A stretch of DNA of 58,077 nucleotides from Pelomyxa schiedti (taxonomy: Eukaryota > Protista > Evosea), in contig JAHLWZ010000242.1 in NCBI GenBank assembly GCA_020536535.1, forward strand, positions 1 to 58,077, given 5' to 3'. The translations under genes were made by a program, and so were the position numbers. Position 1 is the stretch's first letter. Every line of letters starts with the position of its first letter. The notes under the pieces are model-generated. The model searched no databases and had not been told where the DNA came from. It worked only from the letters and a program-made list of their open reading frames with translations. Below are positions 35,646-46,980 of this stretch, one piece after another.

Positions 35646-37903
35646 TTAGTGCCTCGCACTGCTGGTTTCCTTGGAGGGGGTGGAACCGCAGTGCACTCTT
35701 GTCCTCAAGCTCTCGGCATACTCGAGATACTCCCGAGGCCACACTGTGGAATCGGGTGTGTAAAAGCACATAAATCCACTGTCGGTAAGAGATAGGAAAA
35801 TATCTGCAGTTGGTGTTGGGTGCTCAGGGATTGGGGAAAAACTCTGGGTGGAAGGTTGAAGAATGTACCTGGATTTCTGTCCTTATCTTGCTTGTTGCCA
35901 AATTCCGCTTGTTTCAGCAGTACAACTTCCCCAGCTTTGAGGGTGACTACGTCTTGTCTGGCCACCCTAAGGCACGATTTCTTCAGGAATACCTTGTGTT
36001 CCTCCCCAGGGTGGCCGGGGAAGAACACTGTGTAAATACTTCCGGTCTCGTGCCTGACAATGCGGACCATGGCATCTGACGGAACGAACAGGTCAGACAC
36101 CGTGCCAAACTATACAAGGAAACACACCAACTTTGGCAAGGCAGTCCTTGCTAAGGCCCTTGAGGCTCTCTGCGGGAATGTGGTTATACGGAATGTCAGT
36201 CCTGAACATTGAAGGCATATTCGGTATATCACTGGTGAAGACAGTGCAATTCAATGCCCTGAACTGAAACACATCACCGCTCCTCGAGCCTTCACATGTT
36301 CCAGATAAAAGGTGCAATTCACCAATCTTCAGACTTGACATCTCGAAACAAGCTGTAATGAGTGCTTCGCAACCCTGCAAACGGTGGGTTTTGTGTTACG
36401 GTGCGTTAGTTCAACAAAAAAAAGAAACATGGAAACTACCTTGCGGTCCACTGCATAAAATTTATTCGCAGATAGTATCATCAGACAGCGAATTACAACA
36501 TTGCCGTTAGAATTCCTATTGGACTCATCGAACGTGCTGAGGGCTATTACTTCTGGTGACTCGGAAGCCCCCGGGGTGATCCCTGTTGTAGGCTCCTCTG
36601 GTGTCTCGGTCTCTTGGTGGTAGTATCCAACTGTTGGTGATGTAGTAACCCGAGTCTGATTGCCAAGGGAACTAACAAAAGGTGAATTTGGTGTTGCTTG
36701 TGCCTTTGCCATATCCTTTTGCAATTCTGCCAAATTTGTAGAGCCTTTGACCCTGGCTCCGCTTGCACAACACAATAAAGGGGCCTCATAGTGTCGAAGG
36801 GAATCGAGAGACGAGGGTGGGGCACTGCAAAATCCCTCCTGGGGTGCATCGGCTTCCAGGTGGCAGTGCTCAATGGGCGGAATATCTTTTATGGGAGGGT
36901 CAGAGGGTACAACGGGCATTCTGTCAAAAGCAAGTGAAGCTGCTGTAGTATTCTTTGAAGTACGGGACCCGGACTCTAGCTGATGGGGAAGAACGTGAGA
37001 GGCATCAGATTGGTATTGGGCCCATTCAGGAAGCGGAATACTTCGATTTACAATGCCAAGATCATCATCAAATTGGCATTTGGCCCATTCAGGAACCGGT
37101 GGGGTGTCTGTTCGCTCTATAATTGGAATAATTCCATTTCCAATGCCAAGATTTGAAGCATCAAGCCAAACCGAGCCAGACGACCTCGAATCCGTGGGAC
37201 TGTTTGTGCTTGGCGTACCACATACTGAAAGTGGTGATGTGTCAGTTCTCTCCGTTCCAATTCTGGTACTAAGTTATTTTAAGAACGGGACAACATATGA
37301 TACACACACCTCTGCGACGAGCAGCAGTTATTCTTCAACCTTTTAGCCACAGGGCTGTAGTCTTCTTCTCTGTCAAGCATAGAGGGCGGGTGGAGGTCAT
37401 ACTGACTCAGTGATGATTGGAGCTGGCGGTTTGTCCTGAATGGGATATTTCCACTGGGTGGAAGAACATAGTACTGCGTGACGCAGTGCACCTTTTTTGC
37501 CCAACTGGCGGCGAGATACGGTGGTGAGGGGCGGGACCACAACGGCAGCATAAAGGAAAGGAAACAAATAATAAACAATGCGCGCGACAACCAGCACAAC
37601 AAACAGCGAAGGGAACCGGTACCTAATGACAGACGCCCTGTGGGAACGGAGTACGGCCACATGGTGGCCGACCCTGATTGCCGCGGCGGCGGGGTCGTTG
37701 AAGAGTACGTTGATGATGCCGTCCTCGAAGCCGAATGGGCTGTAGCGTATGGCAACGCCGTCGTAGTATTTGTCGTGAGGGGCTTCGTCGTCGTCTTCGT
37801 CGTCGGCCGGTATGCACTCGCTGATGCTGATAATGGTCAGTACCATCTTGAAGGGTCGTGTTTCCGGGCCAGATCCCGCAACGGCATTGCTGTTCGGCTG
37901 CAT
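35646..37903 (-). CDS. Multi-OB-fold (POT1/TEBP-alpha-like) protein, paralog B, three OB-like repeats
   Basis: Repeat 1 YYDGVAIRYSPFGFEDGIINVLF..IRVGHHVAVLRSHRASVIRY, repeat 2 NVVIRCLMIL..SSLKIGELHLLSG, repeat 3 DAMVRIVRHETG..TLKAGEVVLLKQAEFG..DIFLSLTDSG..WPREYLEYAESLRTRV, with a P/S-rich linker. The fold assignment is an inference from motif resemblance. Confidence 0.75.
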
Positions 37904-38018
37904 GTTGGGGCGGTTTGGGCTTTGAAAACTAAATTGCCTGGAGTGTTTGCGACGCCACTACCATCAAAACACCTTTCACGGAACTAATAAAAAAAAACCC
38001 CGAGTGACAGCGACGCAC
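37904..38018. promoter_or_regulatory. Putative 115-bp bidirectional promoter between the OB gene and the FHA-like kinase
   Basis: Divergent ATGs at 37903 (-) and 38019 (+). Confidence 0.55.
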
Positions 38019-40533
38019 ATGTGGTTCCGCAGCAAGGGCAAGCCAAAAAGGGAGGAACTCAGATCCCTGTTCTCCACAACAAATGTCGCCGCTGCCACGG
38101 TTTGGGTTTTTTTTTCTTTCCCTTCCTCTTTTTCCCTTATGTCATACTTTCCCTCTTACAGGCAAAAACTGTCCGCAAACGACCACCCAACATCACAGGA
38201 GAGTGGGCAACTTTGTCTCACATTGACCCACCGACGGGAACGTATCCAAGAAGCTGGAATATTACAGGTGACCTGCATGGCGAATTTCCTCCGCTCGTCA
38301 CAACCTAATAAATTTTTCAGAAGTTCGGACTACGTTTGGTTCGCAAGCTCCTTGTGACCTCATATGTGTTGACAAGGATGTGATGCCCCTCCACTTCACG
38401 GTCGAAATGCGCGATTCGCTTGGCGGGGATTGGAATAGTCCCACAAACAAGAAGAGGGAATACTGCACCGCTTTTTTGATGTGAGGCATCAAAAAAAAAA
38501 AACCCAATCCCAACTTTGAACTTACCAGTCACGCACAGCTGTCATGGACCTGTTAAAGTAGGCTGCAAGCACTTGAACCCAGGCGATACAGTTCTGCTAT
38601 CCGAGACCGAAACAATCTTGATCCAAAACAAAATAGGCATGCACTCAGTTCCAATCTCCGTTGTTCTGGTGCAGACCTAACAGGGACACCCAGGGTTTAC
38701 TTTCAAAAACAAGCTGCACAAGAAAAAAGTGTTACAGAGGAATGGAGACAAAGTTGATATCAATGCTCCCATTGGCTTGTGTGTATTCCTTCTTTTTTTT
38801 CTTTTTTTGTGTTTTGGTGGATGGATGGAAATAATTTCGACACCTTTTAACATTTTCTTCCCAGTGGAGCCTTTGGAATAGTATTCAGGGGTTTTGATCA
38901 CTCTATGCTGAAGGCGGTTGCTATCAAGGTCATCGTATCTTGCGGCAGTTGAACGATTCCTCACTCCTCACATCCCTTAGGTTGTTGACGTTAACAGACT
39001 CAAGAAAAGTTATCCCAAATCTCCAGAGAAGTTTCGAAAAGAAGCTGAAGTCTTGCAGAAGTACTTTTACCTTTGTTTTCCTCCCACATTCAATTTTTTC
39101 CCTTGGCAGGCTTTGTCACCCCAACATTCCAAGGGTATACATGACTCACCTCTCGAAGCATGAGAAGAACTTCTATATCGAGATGCAGTTGTACGCAATG
39201 CACTATTGCTACTCTGCAAACTTAATGCCAATAACAAATAAAAACACACAAACAAAAAACCAAGTATACCAGGTCGTACATTGCACAAAACATGAAGATG
39301 GGGGTCTGAATGAACCGGAAATAAAAGAAATCTCCAGACACATATTTTCTGCTCTGGAAGCAATCCATAAGGCACGTTACACGCATCGGGATATCAAGGT
39401 GTCTGGGTGCTTATTCTGATTTGAGTTGGCTCCCCTAATACTGCTGTTACTACCCGCAGCCTGACAACATTATCCTCCTCGAAATGCCTTGTTTTGCAGA
39501 TCCAGGTTCTACACCCCGCCACACACCGTACTTGTTGGACTTCGGTCTGGCAGAGCTAACTAGTTCAATGAAAACGATATGCGGAACACCGAGCTATAGT
39601 AGTACCACTCCCTCACATCTTTTGGAATGTTCCGCCCCAAGTTACCAACTGGCACATGTTCAGCACCCGAGATGCTCGAAGGGAAACCATACACAGACCT
39701 CATTGATATGTTCGCCATGGGAGCGGTGCTTTGGTATTCGTAAGTTTGCGACTTACGCAGCCCCCTTTCTTGTCTCCTTTTTTTGACATCGACGCAGATT
39801 CACAGCAAAAGCGCCATTTAAGAACCTGGACGAAATGAAAGATGGGAAGCTTGATTTCTCATCCACAGTTTGGGCCAATGTTTCTCTAGACGGTAAGCCA
39901 CACTTGAACCAAAAAGACTTCAATTCATTCAACCGTGCAGCCCGACTGCTCATAAAGAAGCTGCTTTGTTACCACCCAGAAGAAAGGCCCAGCTCGTCAC
40001 AAGTTTTGCTAGATCCATGGTTCCGAAGAAGAGCACCTGTTTCTAGTGAAACGGATTCAATTGCCGAGGTTCTCACTGACAACAACAGAAGTGCCTCTCC
40101 CAATGCCCCACAGATCCCACAATGTCCTCCTACAAATTCCACTTCCACTTCCACTTCCACTTCCACTTCCACTTCCACTTCCACTTCCACTTCCACTTCC
40201 ACTTCCACTTCCACTTCCACTTCCACTTCCACTTCCACTTCAACATCGAGTTTGACTTCAACAAGTTCATCCGTTAAACCACCACGGTCAGCAGAGCATC
40301 CCCACGCAACCGTGAACACAAAGGCAATGTCATCCATCTCAGAAGGAATTCCACCCTCACAATCACAATCACAGCCACAGCCACAGCCGCAACCGCAACC
40401 GCAGCAGCCGCAACCGCAACCGCAGCAGCCGCAACCGCAACCGCAGCCGCAACCGCAACCGCAACCACAACCACAACCACACACATGCTCCGGCACCACC
40501 CACCACAAGCCTCCAACCGCGGTCGGAAGCTGA
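38019..40533 (+). CDS. FHA-like domain + CAMK-group Ser/Thr kinase (Chk2/Fhk-like architecture) with low-complexity tail
   Basis: TFGSQAPCDL..LHFTV..LNPGDTVLL, GFGAFGIV, AVAIK, HPNI, HRDIK|PDNI, LLDFGLAE..CGTPSY|APEM, DMFAMG, LIKKLL..RPS..LLDPWF. Confidence 0.92.
40138..40240 (+). repeat. (TCCACT)n hexamer microsatellite encoding poly-(ST)
   Basis: Near-perfect hexamer run inside the kinase C-terminal exon. Confidence 0.97.
40374..40480 (+). repeat. CA(A/G)CC(A/G) repeats encoding poly-(QP)
   Basis: Imperfect hexamer array in the same exon. Confidence 0.95.
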
Positions 40534-40960
40534 ACTCCTAGTAGACCCAGAACGCTGGAAACCGGGATCGGCGACCGCTGCACTAAGCCCCGTTCGCTGC
40601 CACACTCTCGGGCCGCGTCACAATTACGATGTACCTCCTTATACCAACCCCAAAAGTAATAGAACTGCACCACAGCTACACAATAAAATCACATCTATTT
40701 TCTTATCTCTTGGTTATGATACCCATGTCAACAGCAAACTGTTCTAAAAAACACTTGTGAGTGGTGTATCTTCACAAGGAGATGGCTGAACTTGTAATTG
40801 TTGTTGTAATGAAGAGAAAAAGAACATGTTTATTATGGGAGGTGATTGTAAGTCCCATGAATTCTGAGTATTCTGTGGACACTTCGGCTCAGGGCTGTCT
40901 AGCTGTTGTGTGCTTGTGCCAGCGGGAATGTTGTTTTCCCCTAAGCAAAGTTTTCTGAGT

Positions 40961-41425
40961 AGCGACGACCCATCGCCGAAGGGAGTTACACGTCGATAAT
41001 TTATCGGCTCATTTCAGAGCACAACTACACGAAAGCAAGGGTTGTGCTGAGGGCGTGTCCGAGAGATTTCCCTAAAACAGGTTCGTGTGCGTGGTGGATG
41101 GCTTGTGCTGTGGAATCGGTGAATTTATAAATCATTTCGCTTTTGATGACTGAGTCACCAACCAGAGCATCACAGTCACTGTTGGCATATGTGACTTATC
41201 AACTCTTTTTTTTTGGATATGACGTTGCCAACGTCGTACAACAGTTATGGGATATTGTGTAAACGATATTCCACGGTCACTGAATACAGATTCAACTATG
41301 CTCAATCACTGTACAAATCTGAGAGATACGAAGAAGCCATGCAAGTTTGTATGGCAATTAAAGATGCTGTATACAATTCAAAGGTGAGCAACACACCTCT
41401 TCTCTCTTGGACTAAAGTGGCATTA
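40961..41425 (+). pseudogene. IFT70: Inverted, deleted copy of IFT70 exons 1-3
   Basis: Very close match to the reverse complement of ~12310-12815. Lacks the ATG, has a 1-nt loss in exon 1 and small deletions including the second donor site. Confidence 0.92.
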
Positions 41426-42399
41426 GGAGGCACACATACATTTCAGCTCACAACCAGACGGGATTGCCGCAACTACAAGGTGCAGAAGTTCGCGACCAAA
41501 GGATCATTAAAAAACAAATGAGGATCCCCTCAGGAACCCTAATATGTTTCACTCTATTTACTCCTTATTTCTACTCATCTCTAAACTTGCTTTGTTCCAA
41601 TTCTTCTTCAGTCAGCCTCTGTTGCCACTGTGTGAAGTTGAACTGTCCCTTCTATTTTGGAGGTTAAGAGGGAAACCAGGTACTGATGCGGACCTCAACT
41701 TACTTGGAAATATTCTCAAGAAGATTTACAATCCCACTCAAGCAGCCTACCTCTTGCATTATGTGTCTCTCTTTGAGGGTTCCTGAACAAGCAACTTAGT
41801 GCTGGTTCTGTTTGAATAAGAAGAATACAATTGATCCAACACTGTCTCTTAATAGCTGAAGTTGGCAGATGCTATGATGTGCTGCACCATTGAGCGCGTT
41901 TCTGTGCACAGTAGGCATTGATTCGACCACAGGAAATATTGACTCGTCAGGATAAACTTCGACCTCACCATAATCCTCATCTGAGTCTTGTTCAGGCTCG
42001 ATGCCCATTGGTGAGGGAGCCCTGGAACGTGGATCTTTTCTCTTTTTGGTTTAGTATTGTCTGGTGAACACTAGTTTTTTGTTGCTGTCTACACACCATT
42101 ATTCTCTGTAAGGCAATACGACATTCATTTTGTAATACACCATGCAAACCTGTGGCAACACAGACAAAAGAGCACTCATGTGAGTCTCTGTTCATTCCTT
42201 ATTTTTTTGCCAGTACCAGATCCATTAATCCACGAGTGACGACATCAAGGCGACTTGCAACAGCACCAAGACAATGCAACGATGAAGCCAACTGTTTTTG
42301 TTGAGTTTTGACACAACTTGATTGTAACCACACCTCCAACTTGTTACTCTCGCCGGTATCAGTAGCCATCGTTTCACCGCCACACCTGACAGCACACAC

Positions 42400-42720
42400 T
42401 CTTTGATGCAACTACTCGGATCTATGTCGTCATCCTTTTCTTGCCCATGTGGCATTAGCAACACCCCTCAAACCGATATTCCTGTCTTTTTCGTTTTTTT
42501 TGTGAAGCAAGGCTCCACACCAGACGGTGCAATGATCTTGATGTTGTTGGCACCACACCTTGTCTGGCTAGAGGAGCGCCAGTTGTGCTCAACCTAGGCC
42601 CCACAAGGGCCCAAAGGCCAACTGCAAGAAAATCACCATGCTTAATGTTTGAGACATTCAGCATGCCTTCTATGTATCAATCCATCCCCTACTTCAAGTG
42701 GAATTCCAACTGGAATCACT
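42400..42720 (+). pseudogene. Actin/Arp gene relic
   Basis: Frameshifted WHHT, EER(P)VVL, PKANCKKIT, MFETFSMPSMY and SSGIPTGI correspond to actin WHHT, EEHPVLL, PKANREKMT, MFETFNTPAMY and ASGRTTGI. Confidence 0.65.
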
Positions 42721-43609
42721 GCAATGACATCCCTGCAGACCACAGAACCTCACTCACCCAACTAACTGCCATATTTCCAGACTGGGAAGTGACATTCTTG
42801 TTCTGTGGTTGCTGGTACAGTCATATGTTCTCCTCTGCCTACCACTGATTCAGCAGACGCAGTTTTCAAGGACTGCTGTGGTGATCACTTCATTGGAGGC
42901 AAGAACTTAGTGGGAGGATGATGAACGAGGGTGTGGGTGCCGTGTCTTCCCACAATGCTTCATCTTTGTATTCCTCCTCCTCTATGGCGAGGGGAGTCTG
43001 TGACCATCGCGGAGGCCCACAGGTTCAACGTGGCTATCGTTGCTAGGTTCATTATGTTTACTCAGTTTACACTGTATTATGCTGGTGGTGTTATGCTTCT
43101 TTTCATTTTTATTTATGTCTTGTGTGCTATGGCTGAAACTTGAGTGCTGTGAGCTGAAGCTGACAACATATGAACCCACAGGAGAAAGTGGGGCTCTGGG
43201 CAGCCACTGGCATGCCAGACACACACCCTCTGTTTGCGGATGACCCACTCTCACTGACTTCGCTTTGAGCCTGGTAGATGAAGGAGAACAGGAGAATAGC
43301 ATCAGTGGTGACTGTTGTGGAAGGGGGATGCGGAGGTACTGAATTCCCCACTGGTGGAAGAAAAGGAAGCAGGTAAAACTTTTTGCTTTATAACTGAAGC
43401 TAATCACTTGTATCAAGAGTGAAAACTGATACATTTCTTTGATCTTACAGTTCCCACTTTTGTGAAAGCCTCCCTGTTGTACAGAGGTTTGTTTGTTTCT
43501 ATCTTTCCCACTGGAGGGGATAATAATAGCCTCTTTGTGTCCCAGTTTGAGATTTTTCGTTTAAAATGGGGCCATATGGGATTTGCTTTGCAGCATGGAA
43601 AGCTATCCC

Positions 43610-44520
43610 TAAACACCACATAATAACTAAGGCCAGGACCAACTTAACCCCCAGAAGCTCAACTGTAGTCATAGTTGGATAGCCATATGGTGCCTTTAAA
43701 GGACCACTCATCACCAACAACATTATAGCAGTATCCAGTACTACACCCTCAAGCACCACAAAGTCCCAGTGCAATTCCTTTTCACCAATTTCTCCAAGGC
43801 CTACGATAACTTTGATCAGAAAGCAATAGGACATAATCTTGGAACAGTTATAGGAATGCTCCAAATGTGGATGAAAGTGATCACACACCTCAAAATACAG
43901 AAGCATACCTATCATCACCACTAAGAAGGGGTCCAGCAAGGATGTCCCCTCTCCTCTTCTCTTCAATATCGTGATAGGCACCCTGCTCAGCTTGTGCAGA
44001 TGACTTTATGGAAGAATGCAGAAGACAGGGGCTCCACCATTTAAACTATACTATCAGGAAATAGGAGCCGCATTTTTCCCAAAGCACTGGTCTTCAAAGG
44101 AAAATCGTGGCTACCAATATCTATATCCATTCAACTTTGAAGTATTCTCCCCAACAAATCTGGAAACCTTACATGAGCAAACTTTTCCATCCCTGGAACA
44201 CCTAACTGCCCTCAAGCAGCAAGGCGGCCTAGCAGGTGGAAGGAATATTGCTGTCCCTGTCTCAGTATATCAATACAGTGCAATATGTACATAGAAGCTG
44301 GAATCAACTTTGCTTGGGGTACAAAGTGAAATAGAGGAATACTCTCGAATCCACGCCTACTGGCCCACACTTCAGCTTTACACCACCACAGAGTCCATTT
44401 AGGAGGTGTAACAATGTACCAAAGAATTTAATTGGAAACTGAAAATATTTTACTAGCATTGTGCCAGTCAGTTTCACCAGACATTGCAGCCAAGAGCTTC
44501 TCAAGTTGTTTTATGAACCA
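43610..44520 (+). mobile_element. Degenerate L1/Tx1-like LINE RT
   Basis: YGAFKGPLITNNII, NFSKAYD, GVQQGCPLS then a frameshift to LFNIVIGTL, and KQQGGLA. Confidence 0.8.
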
Positions 44521-45099
44521 CTGAGAAAGCCACAAAGCCATACAGGCACAATGTGCTTGTGAAGAGGCTTGGCGAGGAATTTTCTTCACATGGAGATCCC
44601 ACTATTCCGAATTGAGAATCATCTGTTAAATAGAGCCAGAAAAATGCTGGGCATGCCCAATAAGTATCTCAGTTCGCCCTCAATGAGAGGCGTTGTCCCG
44701 GGCATTTGTAAAAAAAAAAAACCTGGAAGGTTTTTTCTGTTCTTTTTTTTTGGTTTTATGAAAGTACAACCAAGAAGGAGGAGAAAGGATGTCGTGGATA
44801 GAGCAGTGACAGTGAAAGAAGAGAGTGATGTCTTGTTGGCCTCCTGTAGCAGCTTGAATATCGAGTATCCATTTGACCGTTCCTCAAAAATCTACTTGGA
44901 AATTCACGGGCCTGAGTGGGATATGTTACAGACACTATTGCATAGAAAAGACAAATTTGAGGATACAAACAAGGAGGGAAGGAGACATAGTGTTAGTGAC
45001 TTATGGTGATCAATATCAAATATGTGGTTAATTCACATATTTGTGCATAATAAAAGGCATGCTTGCTTTGATTTGAGGGGAGGGAAGCTGGAACAACCT

Positions 45100-45800
45100 C
45101 TTTCGAAAAAGGCTTGCACAACAGGTCAGATTAAACATGGGTTCTTTTGAAAAAAGTCTACATTCCTTGTCCATTTCACATTCCACAAATCACAAACCTA
45201 CACTATGATGGAAAGATCAAGGAAAAAATGCCTTAAACGGGGTTGAAGATGCAGTTAAGCACATTGTCACCGTGGGTCGTCAAAGTAGTTTCACTACAGT
45301 GGTATTTAAAAAAAACCAAATTCTGGTAATAAAAAAAAACCTGAATTACTGGAGGTGGAATGCTCACTGTGAAGTTTACTTCAGCTGGAATGTATTTCCT
45401 CGGCAATGTCAACATTGAACTCACTGGAGTAGGAATGGTTCCAGGCTGCAGCTTTGAGTGTCCAATGTACACATCGATTCTCGGCATCCAGTGCAACAGT
45501 TACTTCAAGTTGGCCACAACATTTCTATAGACCTTACATTTGTGAACATATTTAGTTGGTACCTGATTCCAAACTTCACTGCACTTGGCAATGTTCGCAG
45601 GTGATATTTGCACAAGCAAATGTTCATTAAAGTCAAGAAAGAGCTCATTTTTCTTGTATACAATAGAGGGAGCTCTCCAACAAATGCCAGCCTGTAGATC
45701 TGGCGGAGTAAGTAGGAAACAAGTGCGGCGACTCCGTACAGTGCTGTTGGCTTTGCAATAGGAATGTATTGCGTTTTGCATAGATGAAGTGACTGCCGAG
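45100..45800 (-). pseudogene. Adaptor-complex mu subunit (MHD) relic
   Basis: ICWRAPSIVYKKNELFLDFNEHL matches the WR...YxxNExFxD signature, and FFERGCSSFPP resembles FE..ISFxPP. Stops and frameshifts present. Confidence 0.55.
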
Positions 45801-45979
45801 GTACGCTTTGATATGCATACAAACGAAGTGTATTTCTACAGAATTATTTATTGCTTCAAGATGGCGATAACTTGCTTTTTTGCACTCTCTCCTTGGAATT
45901 ATAGGCCACATATACGCTCTTTTGCTGCTAAGGTGTGAATGATGCAACTTGTAAGTGTTGACTCTGTGATATGTTGGTT

Positions 45980-46980
45980 TCAAAATCAAGAAAACCAAAT
46001 GAAAGACCTCTGAAGTGGATCATATACTCAAATGGTTTGCTCATATCAGTGCCTCTTGCTGATACTGTCGCTGTTCCACATAGTGGAAGAGACTTTGTAA
46101 AAACTCCATACAGAACAACCTTGGAATTGTGGAACAGAGATGGTATATGTGCTGGTGCTGTCCACAGGGATGGTCTGACAGAGACTTGTGTGTGGGCAGA
46201 TCCAGAGCCCGACTTGACTACAGAACTCTCTATGTCAGAGGAGCTTGCAATTCAGCTTGGCCGACATTTGCAATTCCTCTCACCATACTTCTGCAGACGC
46301 CGGCACCTAAACCAAATGCAAATACTCTGGAATCACCGCCATTGTGTCTCACATACTCGCAAACCTCTTGGGTATTGTGAAACTGCTCCGTCAGTGAAAA
46401 GTATTATCTGTCTGCCGTAATTTTCACTTGGAGCCGAGCCAAGGGCATACTTCAGTGGTGCAAATATATTTGTTCCGCCAAGAGATGCTGCTAGGGAGTG
46501 CATATGCCTCTTTACCGCCACAAGGTTAGTGGCAAACACACTGTTGGGAAATAAACTCCCCTCTCTCATCATGTAGTTCCAAATCCAATGATGTGTTATC
46601 ATGACGGCCAGAAATTTGCATTCTACTGTATCCCGCTCCATTAATATTATTGTCTTGAGCAATCAGCAATGTGAGGTCACCCTGAAATCACTTTCCTGTG
46701 AGCATTTCAGTACAACCATTTATTGTTTGGAAATTTTTGTACCTAGTGGGGCAACTCACCCGTAATTGGCGTTCTATTCTGTATTGTGACTGCCATGGTG
46801 ACGATATCGTCCCACACTGAGGAGGTTGATGGCTCTTCAGGCGGGGAGAATGTTGTCTGATATTTCGGTGTGTATGAGGTTGGGAGATGAAAAACGGAAT
46901 GTTATGTTTTCAACAACTTCCTCTTTTGGTGCGAGGTTGCCAATAGTTGCTTTGAACAGATCTTTTGAAGAGGCTCAGTG
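45980..46980 (-). pseudogene. VIT-vWA (VWA5A-like) relic 2
   Basis: FKATIGNLAPKEEV (VIT end), LGGTNIFAPL..RQIILFTDGAV, RVFAFGLG, IPSLFHNSKVVLYG. The DRSGSM strand is deleted. Confidence 0.8.

Noticed and set aside
40520-40600. tRNA-like element on the minus strand (A-box-like TAGTGCAGCGG, B-box-like GTTCAGCTTCC)
   Set aside because: The D and anticodon stems do not pair convincingly and the region overlaps the kinase stop codon. tRNAscan-SE would settle it.
39969-40673. 234-aa antisense ORF with poly-CG and poly-VE
   Set aside because: It is the reverse complement of the kinase microsatellites.
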